Of a stretch of DNA of 64,000 bases, positions 13,341 to 27,700 are shown piece after piece (the stretch's first letter is position 1; each line of letters begins with the position of its first letter). The notes under the pieces were generated by a model, which ran no database searches, was not told the DNA's origin, and saw only the letters and a program-made list of their open reading frames with translations. Origin of the DNA: Eledone cirrhosa (taxonomy: Eukaryota); contig OZ024760.1 in NCBI GenBank assembly GCA_964016885.1, forward strand, positions 21,328,001-21,392,000, given 5' to 3'. A program made the translations under genes and the position numbers.

Positions 13341-14709
13341 TATTTATCTACAAACCTTCAATCATAAGTTTATCTAAGGACCTTTATAAAAGTTACCCTC
13401 TAAACACCAACTTAATAAAGAGAAAATTATTCAGAAAGGTTTTCCAAAGAGGAACGGAAATGAACCACAGTTAAATAAGGTACCAAATAAATTGGTAGAA
13501 AATGTACATATTTATTTCATAACTTTTTCAGGGCTAGAACTGTTTCATTTGTTTAAAATCATCAGGATGTTTGTATGAAAAGATGAGAAATCTCTCCAAA
13601 TTCTAGATTATTTTCAAAATGATTTTAAAATTATAGGTGATGTCTTTCATTAGAAATATGGTATGGAAAGAGTTAATTGTGATCTTTTTTAAGTAACATG
13701 AACTGAACCTTGAAATTTAAGTCTATATTTAGTCCTTCAAAGTTTCATTTGCAGCTAATTCTCATTTGACGCCCAGATCTAACTTGATCGAAGAAGCCTA
13801 GGTTCAAAACTGTTTCACTCTTGAACCCTACTTCAATCTTTTTGTATATGATCAATTGAATTGATCACGTTGCCAACTTCATTCGCTTACCAAGTGGGGT
13901 AAAACTTGTCAGATCAGACCAAGTAAACAATGTTTCCATTGGTCTTTCCATTGCTGATACTATCTACTGGTTATAACTTCTATATGAATGATCAGAACAC
14001 TCCCACCTGAATGTTGGCTGCTTTTAAGAGAATCCACTCTGTTGCTAAAATTTGGGCCAGTTCTTAAGATTCTAAGGTATCTTCTTGCACCTTTGTTTTC
14101 ACTGGTCTTGAAGTTATTGAAAAGGGTCATAAGTATTGGCATTAATATCTGTGACTAAATGAAAGAAAAGAAATGCTATTTTAAAAACCTTTTGATACCA
14201 AACTGCTCCTAGTTCTATGATACAAAATTGCCTTAACCCTTTAACATTTAAACTGGCTTTATCCGGCCAGAATTTTTTCTATTCAAACCAGCTGTAACCA
14301 GCCACTCATGCTGTTGTTAAGGTATTCTTAAAATGAATAATATCAAAATCTCATAGATTCCATATTATTATTATGAAAATATAGAGTAAGAACATTTTTT
14401 ATAAAGTTATATCTGTATAAAATACAGTGTAACCGAGAGTGCAACAAAGTGTATATAAATATATGCATTTTAAAATATGTTGATATGTAAACATGCCAGA
14501 AAATACAAATTTCCCTGCAAATTGAAATAATGATAAACACCTTTAGTCAATTTCAGATCTAATTAGACCCTCATCAGAAGACTTGTATATCATCCAATCA
14601 ACTAGAAGGATACATGTATTTGATGGGTATATATACCCATTCTTTCTTAGTATTATTCCGAAATGGACGTACAAATTTGCATATAATTAGTTAGCACTTG
14701 TGTTGGTAA

Positions 14710-14910
14710 TTAACCCTTTAGCATTTACATTACTCTATATTTACTATTGTATTTTCACAGTAGAGGCTTTATCTCACATAATATTGAATCTATGGGATTT
14801 TGAGAACAATAACTTAACATCAGTATGAGCAGCCAGTTATGGCCAGTTTGAACAGAAAGTTGAGAGAGAATTCTGACCGGATACAACTGATTTAAATGCT
14901 AAAGGGTTAA
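14710..14910. mobile_element. TTAA-flanked piggyBac-like MITE
   Basis: TTAA-ccctttagcattta...taaatgctaaaggg-TTAA; relatives near 8474, 14234, 21970, 30960-31232 and 58297. Confidence 0.8.
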
Positions 14911-16029
14911 GATATATATTAAGAAGTGTGCTAGCAACCGAAGTATATGATAGTTATATCTGTATAAATACAACATGTGGAACCGAGACTGCATGGTTTT
15001 CTTAATATCAGCTTAATAATGAGAAAGTTGACATTACTAGATCCCTCCTCAATGATTTGAAAATCAAAGGCAGTGTCTTTCATTAGAAGTATGGTAATGA
15101 AAGGGTTAAGACAACTGTGTGTGATTTGAGGGAGATTTTGGTTGCTATTTCTCGTAGAATAGTGAGTAATCTTGTTACTCCAATATTTCATAGTTTTTAG
15201 TCTCTCTGCTTGTATGACTCCTTCCCCTATATGCACACACATATAAACACACATGCAAATGCAATCACACACACACACAATACTGAAGCAAAGGTTAGAT
15301 GTCTGCTCATTGTTGCACATTTAAAAACTGTTCAGGAAGACATTGTTACCTTCATATCAATAAAATGTGAGATAAAAAGCTGTTCACAAAGCTTGCTGTA
15401 AAATAGTGATGGCCTACATTTTGCTGTGTTGACAATTCAGCCATCTTACCTGACAGGTGTGTCATTATAATAATGACTAAAAGTAAAACATTATTTTAAT
15501 CTACCACAGATGGTACAACAATAACTACATAATCTATGATGTGGTCCAGTAACTCCTGATAGAATTGTATTGGTGCCGTATTGACATACAGCATTTCTTG
15601 GGCATTTTAAGCTTGGTGGAGCTCATTTCTCCACAGTTCTTCCAGAGAAGGGAAGAACCATACAGGAAGAACCAACTTTTTTTATGGACCTTAAATGGAT
15701 GAAAGGCAAAAATTGACCTCGGCGGGATTTGAACTCAGAGGGTAGAGAGCTGGAATGATTACTGCAAAGTATTTTATCTAACGTTATAACGACTCTACCA
15801 ACTCGACTTCAACCTTTATCTATCTTTAATTAATCTTTTTGATCTCAAATCACCTGAAATCACCTGAAATTCTACGAAAAAAAAAAAAAAAAAGCTGGAA
15901 ATTAAAGTGTTTATATTTCTCAACCTTTATGTTATGTTCCAAACACCATCTTAACAAGAAAGTTAGTTATATTACTAAATTTCCCCAAACTCTTCATTAT
16001 TTTAAAACTTACATGAAAATCATAATGAG

Positions 16030-16538
16030 TGTCTTTTATTAGAAATAGGGTAATGTAAGGTTTAATGACATTGACAGTGTCTGTCATTAGAAATATGGTA
16101 ATGAAAGGGTTAATGACATAGGCAGTGTCTTTCATTAGAAATATGGTAATGAAAGGGTTAATGATATAGGCAGTGTCTTTCATTAGAAATATAGTTATGA
16201 AAGGGTTAATGACAGACGGTCTTTCATTAGAAATATGGTAATGAAAGGGTTAATGACATAGACAGTGTCTTTCATTAGAAATATAGTTATGAAAGGGTTA
16301 ATGACAGACAGGGTCTTTCATTAGAAATATGGTAATGAAAGGGTTAATGACATAGGCAGTGTCTTTCATTAGAAATATAGTTATGAAAGGGTTAATGACA
16401 GACAGGGTCTTTCATTAGAAATATGGTAATGAAAAGGTTAATGATATAGACAGTGTCTTTCATTAGAAATATGGTAACAAAAGGGTTAATGACATAGACA
16501 GTGTCTTTCATTAGAAATATTGTAATGAAAGGGTTAAT
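16030..16538. repeat. 48-bp minisatellite (about 10 copies) derived from a MITE terminus
   Basis: Unit gacagtgtctttcattagaaatatggtaatgaaagggttaatgacata. Confidence 0.92.
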
Positions 16539-18576
16539 TATTCACCTCTGTATTTTTATTTTAGTATGAACAGTTTTAAATTAATAAGCCCATATACATT
16601 GTTTACATATAATAAACATACATTTAATCTAGCTGTATTAAATCTGTGACCGTGTCCCAGTTACTTCAGTAACCAGGGTAAGAATGGGAGATGCATTTCA
16701 CTGTTGTTACACTTCATCAGCATGCACTTAATTACATCTGGGTGCTGAGATATAGAAGACAGTAGTATTATTTTATTGTCGGGTTTTGAGAGAGGACTAA
16801 ATAAGCTTTCACCACAAAGTACTTTACTAAAGTAAGTTACTTTCAACAAAACGTGTGTGTGTGTGGAGGGGGGGGGGTATAGTATCAGGAAGGGGAGGGC
16901 ATCCATACTGTCTCCTAAGTCTCATCCATCCCATGGAAAAATCGACCTGACCTAACTACCGGGCCACACGCTATGTAAACAAATAGTGTGTTTTAAAGTT
17001 TATATATATTATATATATTACTCTTTTACTTGTTACAACTATCCGCCTGAGGCCATGCTGAGGCACTATCCTTATGTTATATATATATATTATACATATG
17101 ATGTGTATTTCCGTAGGAACGGTAAAGGAAAAGAGAGTGCTCTATGTAGGCTACAGAGCTTTTTAGTTATGTAATAAACAACATAAGATAATTGACTCAT
17201 TTACCAGTGGTTTCTTGAAGACATATTTATATCTGTCTTCAGTCGTCAGAAAGAATAATATGGAATGTTTATTAAATATGGATTTGAAAACAAAGTTTAG
17301 GATAAATGAAAGTGAGGCTGAAATCTAATAACGGGCAAAAATTGAGGGGGGGGGGGGAAATATATATATATATATATAAATAAATATCTAGAACATAAAC
17401 ATACACACGCTTATACGTAATAGTACGTAGACGTATACATTCTCACATAAGTCTATGTGCGTCTACATGGAAATACGAACACACACATATGAACGCGTGA
17501 TCTTTTGCTTACATAAGCGCACACTCACACAGGTACTCAATAAAAAGGTAAAATCTATATATACACACATGCATATCTCTCCATACACATATACATACAT
17601 ATACACACCCATATGTATACACACACATACATATACACACCCATATGTATACACACATATATACATATGTATATGATATCTGTATAAAATACATATATGT
17701 GCATATATATATATATGTATATATATATACAGATATCGTATACATATATCATCATCATTTTACATCCCTTTTCTCTGCTTGCAAGAGTTGGACAGCATCT
17801 CTCCACCCGTCACGGTCCTTCGTCATCTCCTCGGTGAGTGTCAGCGATCTGAGGTCTGCTCTCACCACCTCCGCCCATGTTTTTTGTGGTCTTCCTCTCT
17901 CTATATATATATATATTTATTAAAATAACAGATTAAAGTTTAAACAAAGAATCGCTGCTTTCACCCTTAACGGTTTCTTCTGAAACTCATAAATATTTGC
18001 TCTATGGTTCTTATATATTTGATATATATTTTCCTTATCGAGCCCTCTTTGGATTTTAGTCTTCAATTTTATTATTATTACTATATATATATATATATAT
18101 TGTTATATTTGGGGAGGGTCATATTGTTGTAATAATATTGCCAGAATTAATAACAGAACACACTCACTGTTTGGTTGGTTTTCACTTCTGTATCTTTTAT
18201 ATCAGTTAATTCATTCGGTCCTCAATGTTACCATTGACTGACCAATGGTCAAAAATACAGATATACTATAGACACAAACACATATATATAGTCTAATAAA
18301 GTTCTTTCGTTGCACATCTGCAACATCGTCAGTGGTGCTATTATGTTCCTCCTGTTGTATTGTATATCTACGCCATCTTTATTTAATCTGTTTATTTATT
18401 TATTTGTTTCAACACACGATTTCATATCAAAAACCTCGCAATATATAAAGGTAAAGTTGACCTTGGTGCGATTTGAACTCAGACCATAGAGGACTCAGAA
18501 CAAATATCCAACACTCTAACAACTTTGCCAAAGTAAGTAATGTCATGGATAATAACTTTGCTTCTGTGTTCTTCAG

Positions 18577-18709
18577 ATACAACCGCAAGGACCGAGAATT
18601 GAATGGTGCCCAGAAAAGACTTGCTGAACTGGAAGCTATGGTCGGTGATTTGCAGGTCAAACTTAGTGACTTGGAAGCTCAGAAGAAAAAACTGGAATCT
18701 CAAAATATT
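18577..18709 (+). CDS. Lam: Lamin exon, coil 1B ([44 protein letters not shown])
   Basis: ttcttcag acceptor and gtgagt donor; 133 nt; one leading base completes a split codon, as at the start of vertebrate lamin exon 2. Confidence 0.9.
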
Positions 18710-21700
18710 GTGAGTTTCTTTTCTATATCTTATTTATTTTACTGGTTTCAATCATTGGACTGCAACCATATTGGGAAATCCCCCCCATTCAAGGGTTTGG
18801 TCAATACGAGCAAGTCACAATCACCTGATCAATCTTGCCTTAAGTGGGACAATTCCCATCTACCCCATGCTAGCGTGGAAGATGGATGTTAAACAATGAT
18901 GATGATGATGATCCCTAGCTAAATATTTGTGATCACCCTGCATGACATCACCACTGATGGGGTTAGTCAAATATATGGACCCGTAGCTAAACATTTGTGA
19001 TCACCCTACCCTGCATGACATCACCACTGATGGGGTTGGTCAAATATATGGACCTCTAGCTAAACATTTGTGATCACCCTACCCAGCATGACATCACCGT
19101 TGATGGGGTTGGTCAAATATATGGACCCCTAGCTAAACATTTGTGATCACCCTACCCTGCATGACATCACCACTGATGGGGTTGGTCAAATATATGGACC
19201 CCTAGCTAAACATTTGTGATCACCCTACCCTGCATGACATCACCACTGATGGGGTTGGTCAAATATATGGACCCCTAGCTAAACATTTGTGATCACCCTA
19301 CCCTGCATGACATCACCACTGATGGGGTTGGTCAAATATATGGACCCCTAGCTAAACATTTGTGATCACCCTACCCAGCATGACAGCACCACTGATGGGG
19401 TTGGTCAAATATATGGACCCCTAGCTAAACATTTGTGATCACCCTACCCTGCATGACATCACCACTGATGGGGTTGGTCAAATATGACCCCTAGCTAGAT
19501 ATTTGATCACTGAGCCTGATGACTTCTGTTAGTAATGATGTGGCTTTGTCTTCACTGTGAAGGTGCTTGGCCTAGTGGTTGGTGGGTTTGGACACAATCT
19601 TAAGGTTGGGAGTTCAATTCCTGGACCAGGCAGTACATAGTGTCCTTCAGCAAAGAGTTTTGTTTCAGGTTACTCTAGTCTGTTCAGCTGGAGTAGGAGG
19701 GGGTACTTATCACTGCAACAGATTGATGTCTAGTTTGGTGGGGTCATTGTTGGAGGCCAGGTAAACCTACGTAGGTGTAAGCTATAACATGATAGGACTG
19801 GGGACCCTATCATTAAAACATCTAAGAAATCTTTGAGATGTACCCTTGTAAGAGGCCAGCTAAAGCTACATAGTTTGTAAACTATAACAGAATAGGACTG
19901 CATCCCCATCATCCTACGAGATACCTCATAGGAGACCAGTTAAACCTGTATAGGTATGAGCTGTAACATGACAAGATTGCAGCCTGTATCATTAAAAGTA
20001 CCTGGGAAACCTCTTATGAGATGTAGGAAGCTAGCTAAACCTACATAGGTGTGAGCTATAACACGATAGGACTGGAGACCCCGTCATTAAAGCACTTGGG
20101 AAGCCTGCTAAGATGCAACCTTGTAGGAACTCAAGTAAGCCTTACATAGGTGTGAACTGTAAAGATAATAGCAACACACAGCTAATTAAAGCTAGATATG
20201 AAAGCTGCTGCTGCTGTTGATTAGATGACCAGTGTGGGAAGTATAACAGGTAGTTTTGAAGGTTAAGATATTGTTGCCCTTTCTTCATCATTGAGGGTTT
20301 CCTAAAAATGTTTGTTTTTATTTATATTTTCAGTCTCTCCGAACTGACTTGAATGCCTTGGAGGTTCAGTTGGCAACTGCCCGCAAACAACTGGAGGAAG
20401 AAACTCTATTGAGGGTGGATCTTGAAAATCGCCTGCAGAGTTTGAGGGAGGACATGGCCTTCAAGTCTCAAGTATTTGAACAGGTAAGACGAAGAAAAAA
20501 AAACGCCCTGTCCACTCTGTAAAGTGATCGTTTTGGTGGCACACGACAAAAAACAGCCACTGTAACTATGGTTGGTGCCTGGCCGTAGAAACCAAGCCAT
20601 AAACAGTTCTATATGAGCAAGACGCCCTGTCCACTCTGTAAAGTGATTGTTTTGGTGACATGACGAAAGAACACCCACTGTAAATATTATAGTCGGTGCC
20701 TGGCCGTAGAAACCAAGCCAGAAGCAGTTCTATATGAGCAAGACGCCCTGTCCACTCTGTAAAGTGATTGTTTTGGTGACACGACGAAAGAACACCCACT
20801 GTAAATATTATAGTCGGTGCCTGGCCGTAGAAACCAAGCCAGAAGCAGTTCTATATGAGCAAGACAAAGTCATCTGATCTGACTTGTTCCACAACGGGAC
20901 AATTGCTCTAACCCATGATAGAAATGATGATGGATGTTAAATGGTGATGATGTAACATTGCATTTTTAACACTTTGGTTCCTCTCGTGATCCCTGGAAGG
21001 TGGCTTTCATTGATATTTAACCCTTCTGTTACCATATTTTTAATGAAATGCACTGCTTTTGATTTTCAAATCAGTTTGATAATAAAGAATTTAGTGATAT
21101 TTAGTAATATATAACTCACTTTCTAGTTATTAAGCTTGTGACTGGAACATAACTTAACGAAGGTTCTTACATAAAATTGTGATGGGAGGTTTTTACATCG
21201 ATTTAAATAGGTTGTTGTCATTTGCCTGAGATAAGAGATCAGTTTCCAGGTTTACAAACTAGGGGTGGTTTGATATCTATCAAAAGGGTTAAAGGGAGCT
21301 ATATTTTGGGCTTTTAATTTTATTAACAACTATTTGTTTTGCTACTTCCTGTAAATCTAATATTTTAATTTGTGATAGCACTGACACAGCGTGATTGAGA
21401 ATAAAGACATATATCGACCCATATACAACATGTAATAAACATACATATACTCATATATAAGCCTAAAAATGTGGCTAAAAGAATCGATGGTAAAATGGTG
21501 AGGGGTACTTATATTCAAGGTCAATATTTTAGTGTAATTTCACCAATTTCGAATTCTACATAAATAAGGTGCTAAAATATTTTTGCTTTGAAAGTGAATA
21601 TTACACCAGTTTCACTTTACAGGTGGATATTACACCAGTTTCACTTTACAGGTGAATATTACACTGGTTTCACTTAGAATGTGAAATTCATTTTCCCTTT

Positions 21701-24700
21701 GTTTTTGTTTTTATATTTTGAATGAATATGGCCTTCAAAATGGTTGAAAATTGGTAAAAAAATCATTAGGTAATGGATTTGTGATGCAAAATTTTAAAAC
21801 TTCATAAATATATTCTCCACTCATGATAATTTTAAAACCATACCATCTAAACATGTGTTGATTACCTGCTATAGTTTATACACAGGGTTTGGGCTTTTGC
21901 CCATTTCCCAGACATAAAATAGTCAACTTATATTCGAGTATATACGGCAATTTCACTGTGATTGTTTTAATCCTTTAACATTTAAACCAGCCATATCCAG
22001 TCAAAATTCTCTCACCCATTTCTGTTCAAACCGGCTGAACCTGGCCACTCATACTGATTTTAAGGTATTGTTCTCAAAATAAATATCAAAATTTCATAGA
22101 TTTGATACAATATGACTAGGCATCCAATGTGTCTCCATTTATTAATCCAGGGTGTGATCTGAGGGAGATTTGGCTGCTAATTCTAGCACATAGTGTAGTC
22201 ATTGGTTTGACAGGTGTGGCAAAAGAGATTACAAAAGGATGAAATATCAGAAGAGTGTAACTTCACACCAGGTCATTCAACCCTACTAGCCAGCTACAAA
22301 AGATTTAAACCTGCCACCCAAGATCTAAAGATCTAAACTTGGTACCTGCTGGCTCAACATTCTTATCACACCTTTAACACTAGTGTTACATTTTAAAATA
22401 ATTTCATCCAGTAGTACTGAGGTTGCTACCACTAGTACCACTACTATCATTACTAGTAACACACTAACAATTACTAGTTTTACTTTAGAACTCTCACTGC
22501 TGTTGCTACCACCACCATCACATTATACTCATGTGTTCCCTCCCCAGACTCGCCATGTGTGTGTGTGTGTATGTATGTCTATATATATATATATAGGTAG
22601 GAGGCACATTGCTTAGTGGTTAGATAAGTTGTTTTAGAAAGTCCTTATTCTTAGGTAAAGGTATGTCTTTTAGAGAAGAGATCCTAAAGAATTCCATTTT
22701 TAATCAGTTACAATTTAAAGCGTTCAACAATAAAGGAGCTAAATATATGCAGAGGTTGTATTTAATTTGTTGGGATTCAACAAGCTTAAAATTTTTTATA
22801 ACTGATATAAAGCACTCAACAGGTTAGTGGAGTAAATACACAACATATTAATAAATGGAAACATATATATATATATATGTGTGTGTGTGTGTATATATAT
22901 ATATATGGAGGCACATGGCTTAGTGGTTAGAGCATTGGCCTTGCAATCAAAAGGTTGTGAGTTCAATTCTCAGACTGGGTGATGTGTTGTTTCCTTGAAC
23001 AAGACACTTTATTTCACATTGCTCCAGTTTACTCAGCTGTAGAAGTGAGATGATAGGGACTGGTGTTCATATCATTCCACTGCAAAGTGGTCGTGCAGGT
23101 GCCACGGCAAAAAAGCACCCAGCACTCACTGTAAATGAGGTTGGTGTTAGGAAGGGCATCCAGCTGTAGAAATTAAGCCAGAATCAGTTCCCGTCCCACC
23201 CTTGCAAGCAGGGAGAAGCGGATGTGAAATGAAATGAAATGAAATGATGATATATGTATATGTGTGTGTGTGTGTAATTTAATATCAGTAAGTGGCAGTT
23301 ACTTAGAATACAAGTTTCATAAAAAAATAGATTTACATTTAAAATACTGTGGTTGATAAAACTTTAAAAAAAACAAACACCCGAAAGGAGTGGGCAGTTG
23401 CCAGTTTGGTGTAACAGTAGCATATCTATTGTGGAAGGTGTGAGATGGGTCCCACAGGTGGCAAATTCTACATTCACCTGTGTCTTATACACTCTACTTA
23501 TTAGACTATTGTAGAAAAAAAAAAAAGATGTACAATCTAGCCATTAACTTTACTCTTATATCTTAATTTCCCAAAGTATTTATATATATATTTATGTGTA
23601 TGTAAATATTAGGTCAAGCCACTCCTGGGTGCTACTGGTAACATATAACCCAGTACAACCTGTCATATGGTTGGGTTATTAGCAACTAAACCAGCAACCT
23701 CACCAAGATGTGTGGTCTGTACGGACAGACACAAGATGTGTGGTAGGCACAAGGTATGGTGTGTATGTGCACATAAAGAAACATTGTGCAGGTTTTTGCT
23801 ACTGAATATAGGTCACCTTTAGTGGGGCAGGTTTGACAGGTTTTCTTGCCTTGCTTCAGGTAGTCTCTCTCTTCCCACACCGCCAATATTACTTTGCCTG
23901 TCACTAGCATAGTTGTTACATAAAAATATCACCATTACTACCTTCTCTGCCACAGGTGTATTTGTTACATAACATCTCCATTACTACCTTACCTACATGA
24001 CCACTTTACAGTGTGGGCTGGGTGTTTTCTGTCATGTCACCTACATGACCACTTTACAGTGTGGACTGGGTGCTTTTTACCATGTCACCTACATGACCAC
24101 TTTACAGTGTGGACTGGGTGCTTTTTGTCATGTCACCTACATGACCACTTTACAGTGTGGACTGGGTGCTTTTTGTCATGTCACCTACATGACCACTTTA
24201 CAGTGTGGACTGGGTGTTTTCTGTCATGACACCTACATGACCACTTTACAGTGTGGACTGGGTGCTTTTTGTCATGTCACCTACATGACCGACCACTTTA
24301 CAGTGTGGGCTAGATACATTTTGTTTACAGTGTGGGGGTGAGTAGGTGACGTTTACATGTTATTTGAGTGTCAACTCATGAAGCGCATTTCATTAATGAT
24401 TGGCTGAAGGTCATCCATGGAAGTTATGAATCTGACTCCAGTAATGAGCTGCTCATCAGACTGGTGATTCAATTAAAACGCTTTTTTCTTTGAATCACCA
24501 GTCTGCTGGTTGAGTCAGGTCCATGGGTGACCTTGAGCCAATCATCTGTGAAACGCACTTAACGAGTTGATACTGAATAAAAACTTAACATGTAAACAAA
24601 ACTCCATTTTTCTTTTCTTCTTATATACATATAGTATTGTGTTGTGGTGCTTACTAGAATTGTTTCAGTAGCATATCTATGAAAAAATGGTTGCTAGAAC

Positions 24701-27700
24701 CTCACTCCATCCTTTCTCATCTGTTAAAACCGGCCAGAATTCTCTACCTCTTTCTGTTGAAACTGGCTGTAACTGGTCGTTCAACCTGATGTTACGGTAT
24801 TGTTCTCAAAATAAATACTTACATAATATCGAATCTATGAGATTTTGAGAGATAATTATGTGAGGTAAAGCCTTTACCATGAAAATATAATAGTATATAT
24901 AAAGTAATATAAATGTTATGTGAGGTAAAGCCTTTACCATGAAAATATAATAGTATATATAAAGTAATGTAAATGTTATGTGAGGTAAAGCCTTTACCAT
25001 GAAAATATAATAGTATATATAGAGTAATGTGAGATATTATGTGAGGTAAAGCCTTTACCATGAAAATATAATAGTATATATAGAGGAATGTAAATATTAT
25101 GTGAGGTAAAGCCTTTACCATGAAAATATAATAGTATATATAGAGTAATGTGAATGTTATGTAAGATAAAGCCTTTACCATGAAAATATAATAGTATATA
25201 TAGAGTAATGTGAGATATTATGTGAGGTAAAGCCTTTACCATGAAAATATAATAGTATATATAGAGGAATGTTATGTGAGGTAAAGCCTTTACCATGAAA
25301 ATATAATAGTATATATAGAGGAATGTTATGTGAGGTAAAGCCTTTACCATGAAAATATAATAGTATATATAAAGTAATGTAAATGTTATGTGAGGTAAAG
25401 CCTTTACCATGAAAATATAATAGTATATATAGAGTAATGTGAGATATTATGTGAGGTAAAGCCTTTACCATGAAAATATAATAGTATATATAGAGGAATG
25501 TAAATATTATGTGAGGTAAAGCCTTTACCATGAAAATATAATAGTATATATAGAGTAATGTGAATGTTATGTAAGATAAAGCCTTTACCATGAAAATATA
25601 ATAGTATATATAGAGTAATGTGAGATATTATGTGAGGTAAAGCCTTTACCATGAAAATATAATAGTATATATAGAGTAATGTGAGATATTATGTGAGGTA
25701 AAGCCTTTACCATGAAAATATAATAGTATATATAGAGGAATGTTATGTGAGGTAAAGCCTTTACCATGAAAATATAATAGTATATATAGAGGAATGTTAT
25801 GTGAGGTAAAGCCTTTACCATGAAAATATAATAGTATATATAGAGTAATGTAAATGTTATGTGAGGTAAATATAATGTAGCCAATTCTGAGAGAGAAGAA
25901 TCCAGCCCAGTATATCTCCTTTACTTCAATAATGTCTGCTTCAGTTGATACGCTCCTCTGGGGGTTTTTTATATTCTCCTCTCTCTCTCTCTCTCCAAAC
26001 AGTTAATTAATTAGCTCCCTTATCTCCCCTCATCCATTCTCATCTATCATCTAATGAGCTCTTGATTATCGAGTATATAATTAAACTTGTCTTCTTTACA
26101 GGAGCTGAATGAGTCGCGAACACGCACAACGACCTCTATGGAAGAGGTTGACAGTGGAATCAACCCGGTGTACGAGGAACGACTTGCCGACGCTCTGAGA
26201 GAGATGCGTGAGGAGCATGAGTCTCACATCCAGATGGTCCGTGAAGAAGTGGAACTGTTTTATGAGACTAAAGTAAGTAATAACACCTTCACCTTTATAC
26301 ATGAGTGTGTATGTGTGTGTGTGTGTCTGTCTGTCTGTGAAGAAGTGGAGCTGTTTTATGGGACTAAAGTAAGTAATAACACCTTCACCTTTATACATGA
26401 GTGTGTATGTGTGGCTATCTGAATGTGTGTGTGTGTGTCTGTCTGTCTGTCTGTCTGTCCGTGAAGAAGTGGAACTGTTTTATGAGACTAAAGTAAGTAA
26501 TAACACCTTCACCTTTATACATGAGTGTGTATGTGTGTGTGTATGTCTGTCTGTGAAGAAGTGGAGCTGTTTTATGGGACTAAAGTAAGTAATAACACCT
26601 TCACCTTTATACATGAGTGTGTATGTGTGGCTATCTGAATGTGTGTGTGTGTGTGTGTCTGTCTGTCTGTGAAGAAGTGGAACTGTTTTATGAGACTAAA
26701 GTAAGTAATACCACCTTCACCTTTATACATGAGTGTGTATGTGTGGCTATCTGAAAGTGTGTGTCTGTCTGTGAAGAAGTGGAACTGTTTTATGAGACTA
26801 AAGTAATAACACCTTCACCTTTATACATGAGTGTGTAGGTGTGGCTATCTGAATGTGTGTGTGTGTGTGTCTGTCTGAAGAAGTGGAGCTGTTTTATGAG
26901 ACTAAAGTAATAACACCTTCACCTTTATACATGAGTGTGTAGGTGTGGCTATCGGAATGTGTGTGTGTGTGTGTGTCTGTCTGTCTGTCTGAAGACACCT
27001 TTATACATGAGTGTGTAGGTGTGGCTATCTGAATGTGTGTCTGTGTGTGTGTGTGTGTCTGTCTGTGAAGAAGTGGAACTGTTTTATGAGACTAAAGTAA
27101 TACCACCTTCACCTTTATACATGAGTGTGTAGGTGTGGCTATCTGAATGTGTGTGTGTCTGTCTGAAGAAGTGGAACTGTTTTGTGAGATGAAAGTAATG
27201 ACTCTTTGACCTTTATATATAGGTGTGTATGTGTCTGTCTGTCTGTCAGGGTCTCTCTCTCTCTTTCTGTATGTCTGTGTCAGTGTCTCTCTATCTCTCT
27301 CTCTCTCTCTCTGTATGTCTGTGTCAGGGTCTCTATCTCTCTCTCTGTGTATGTCTGTGTCAGGGTCTCTCTATCTCTCTCTGTGTCTGTGTCAGGGTCT
27401 CTCTCTCTCTCTCTCTCTGTATGTCTGTGTCAGGGCTTCTCTCTCTCTCTCTATGTCTGTGTCATGATCTCTCTCTCTCTCTCTGTATGTTTGTGTCTGA
27501 ATCAATTTGTTGTTGTTTTGGTGTTTTTTTTTTTTTTTTCTTTTTTGTAGTTTTTATTTAATATTTTCTTATTTTGTATCCTACAGTTGAGTGGCCTGCA
27601 AGCTCAAATTGACCGTGGTCAAAACTCCTCTGTTAGCCTGCGTGAGGATCTGAAGTGTACGAAACGCCGAGTGGAGGAACTTCTCTCAGAATTGTCTGGT

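Noticed and set aside
1-18576. Lamin exon 1 (head and coil 1A, LNDRLA-type motif)
   Set aside because: Not found by eye; presumably upstream of the window.
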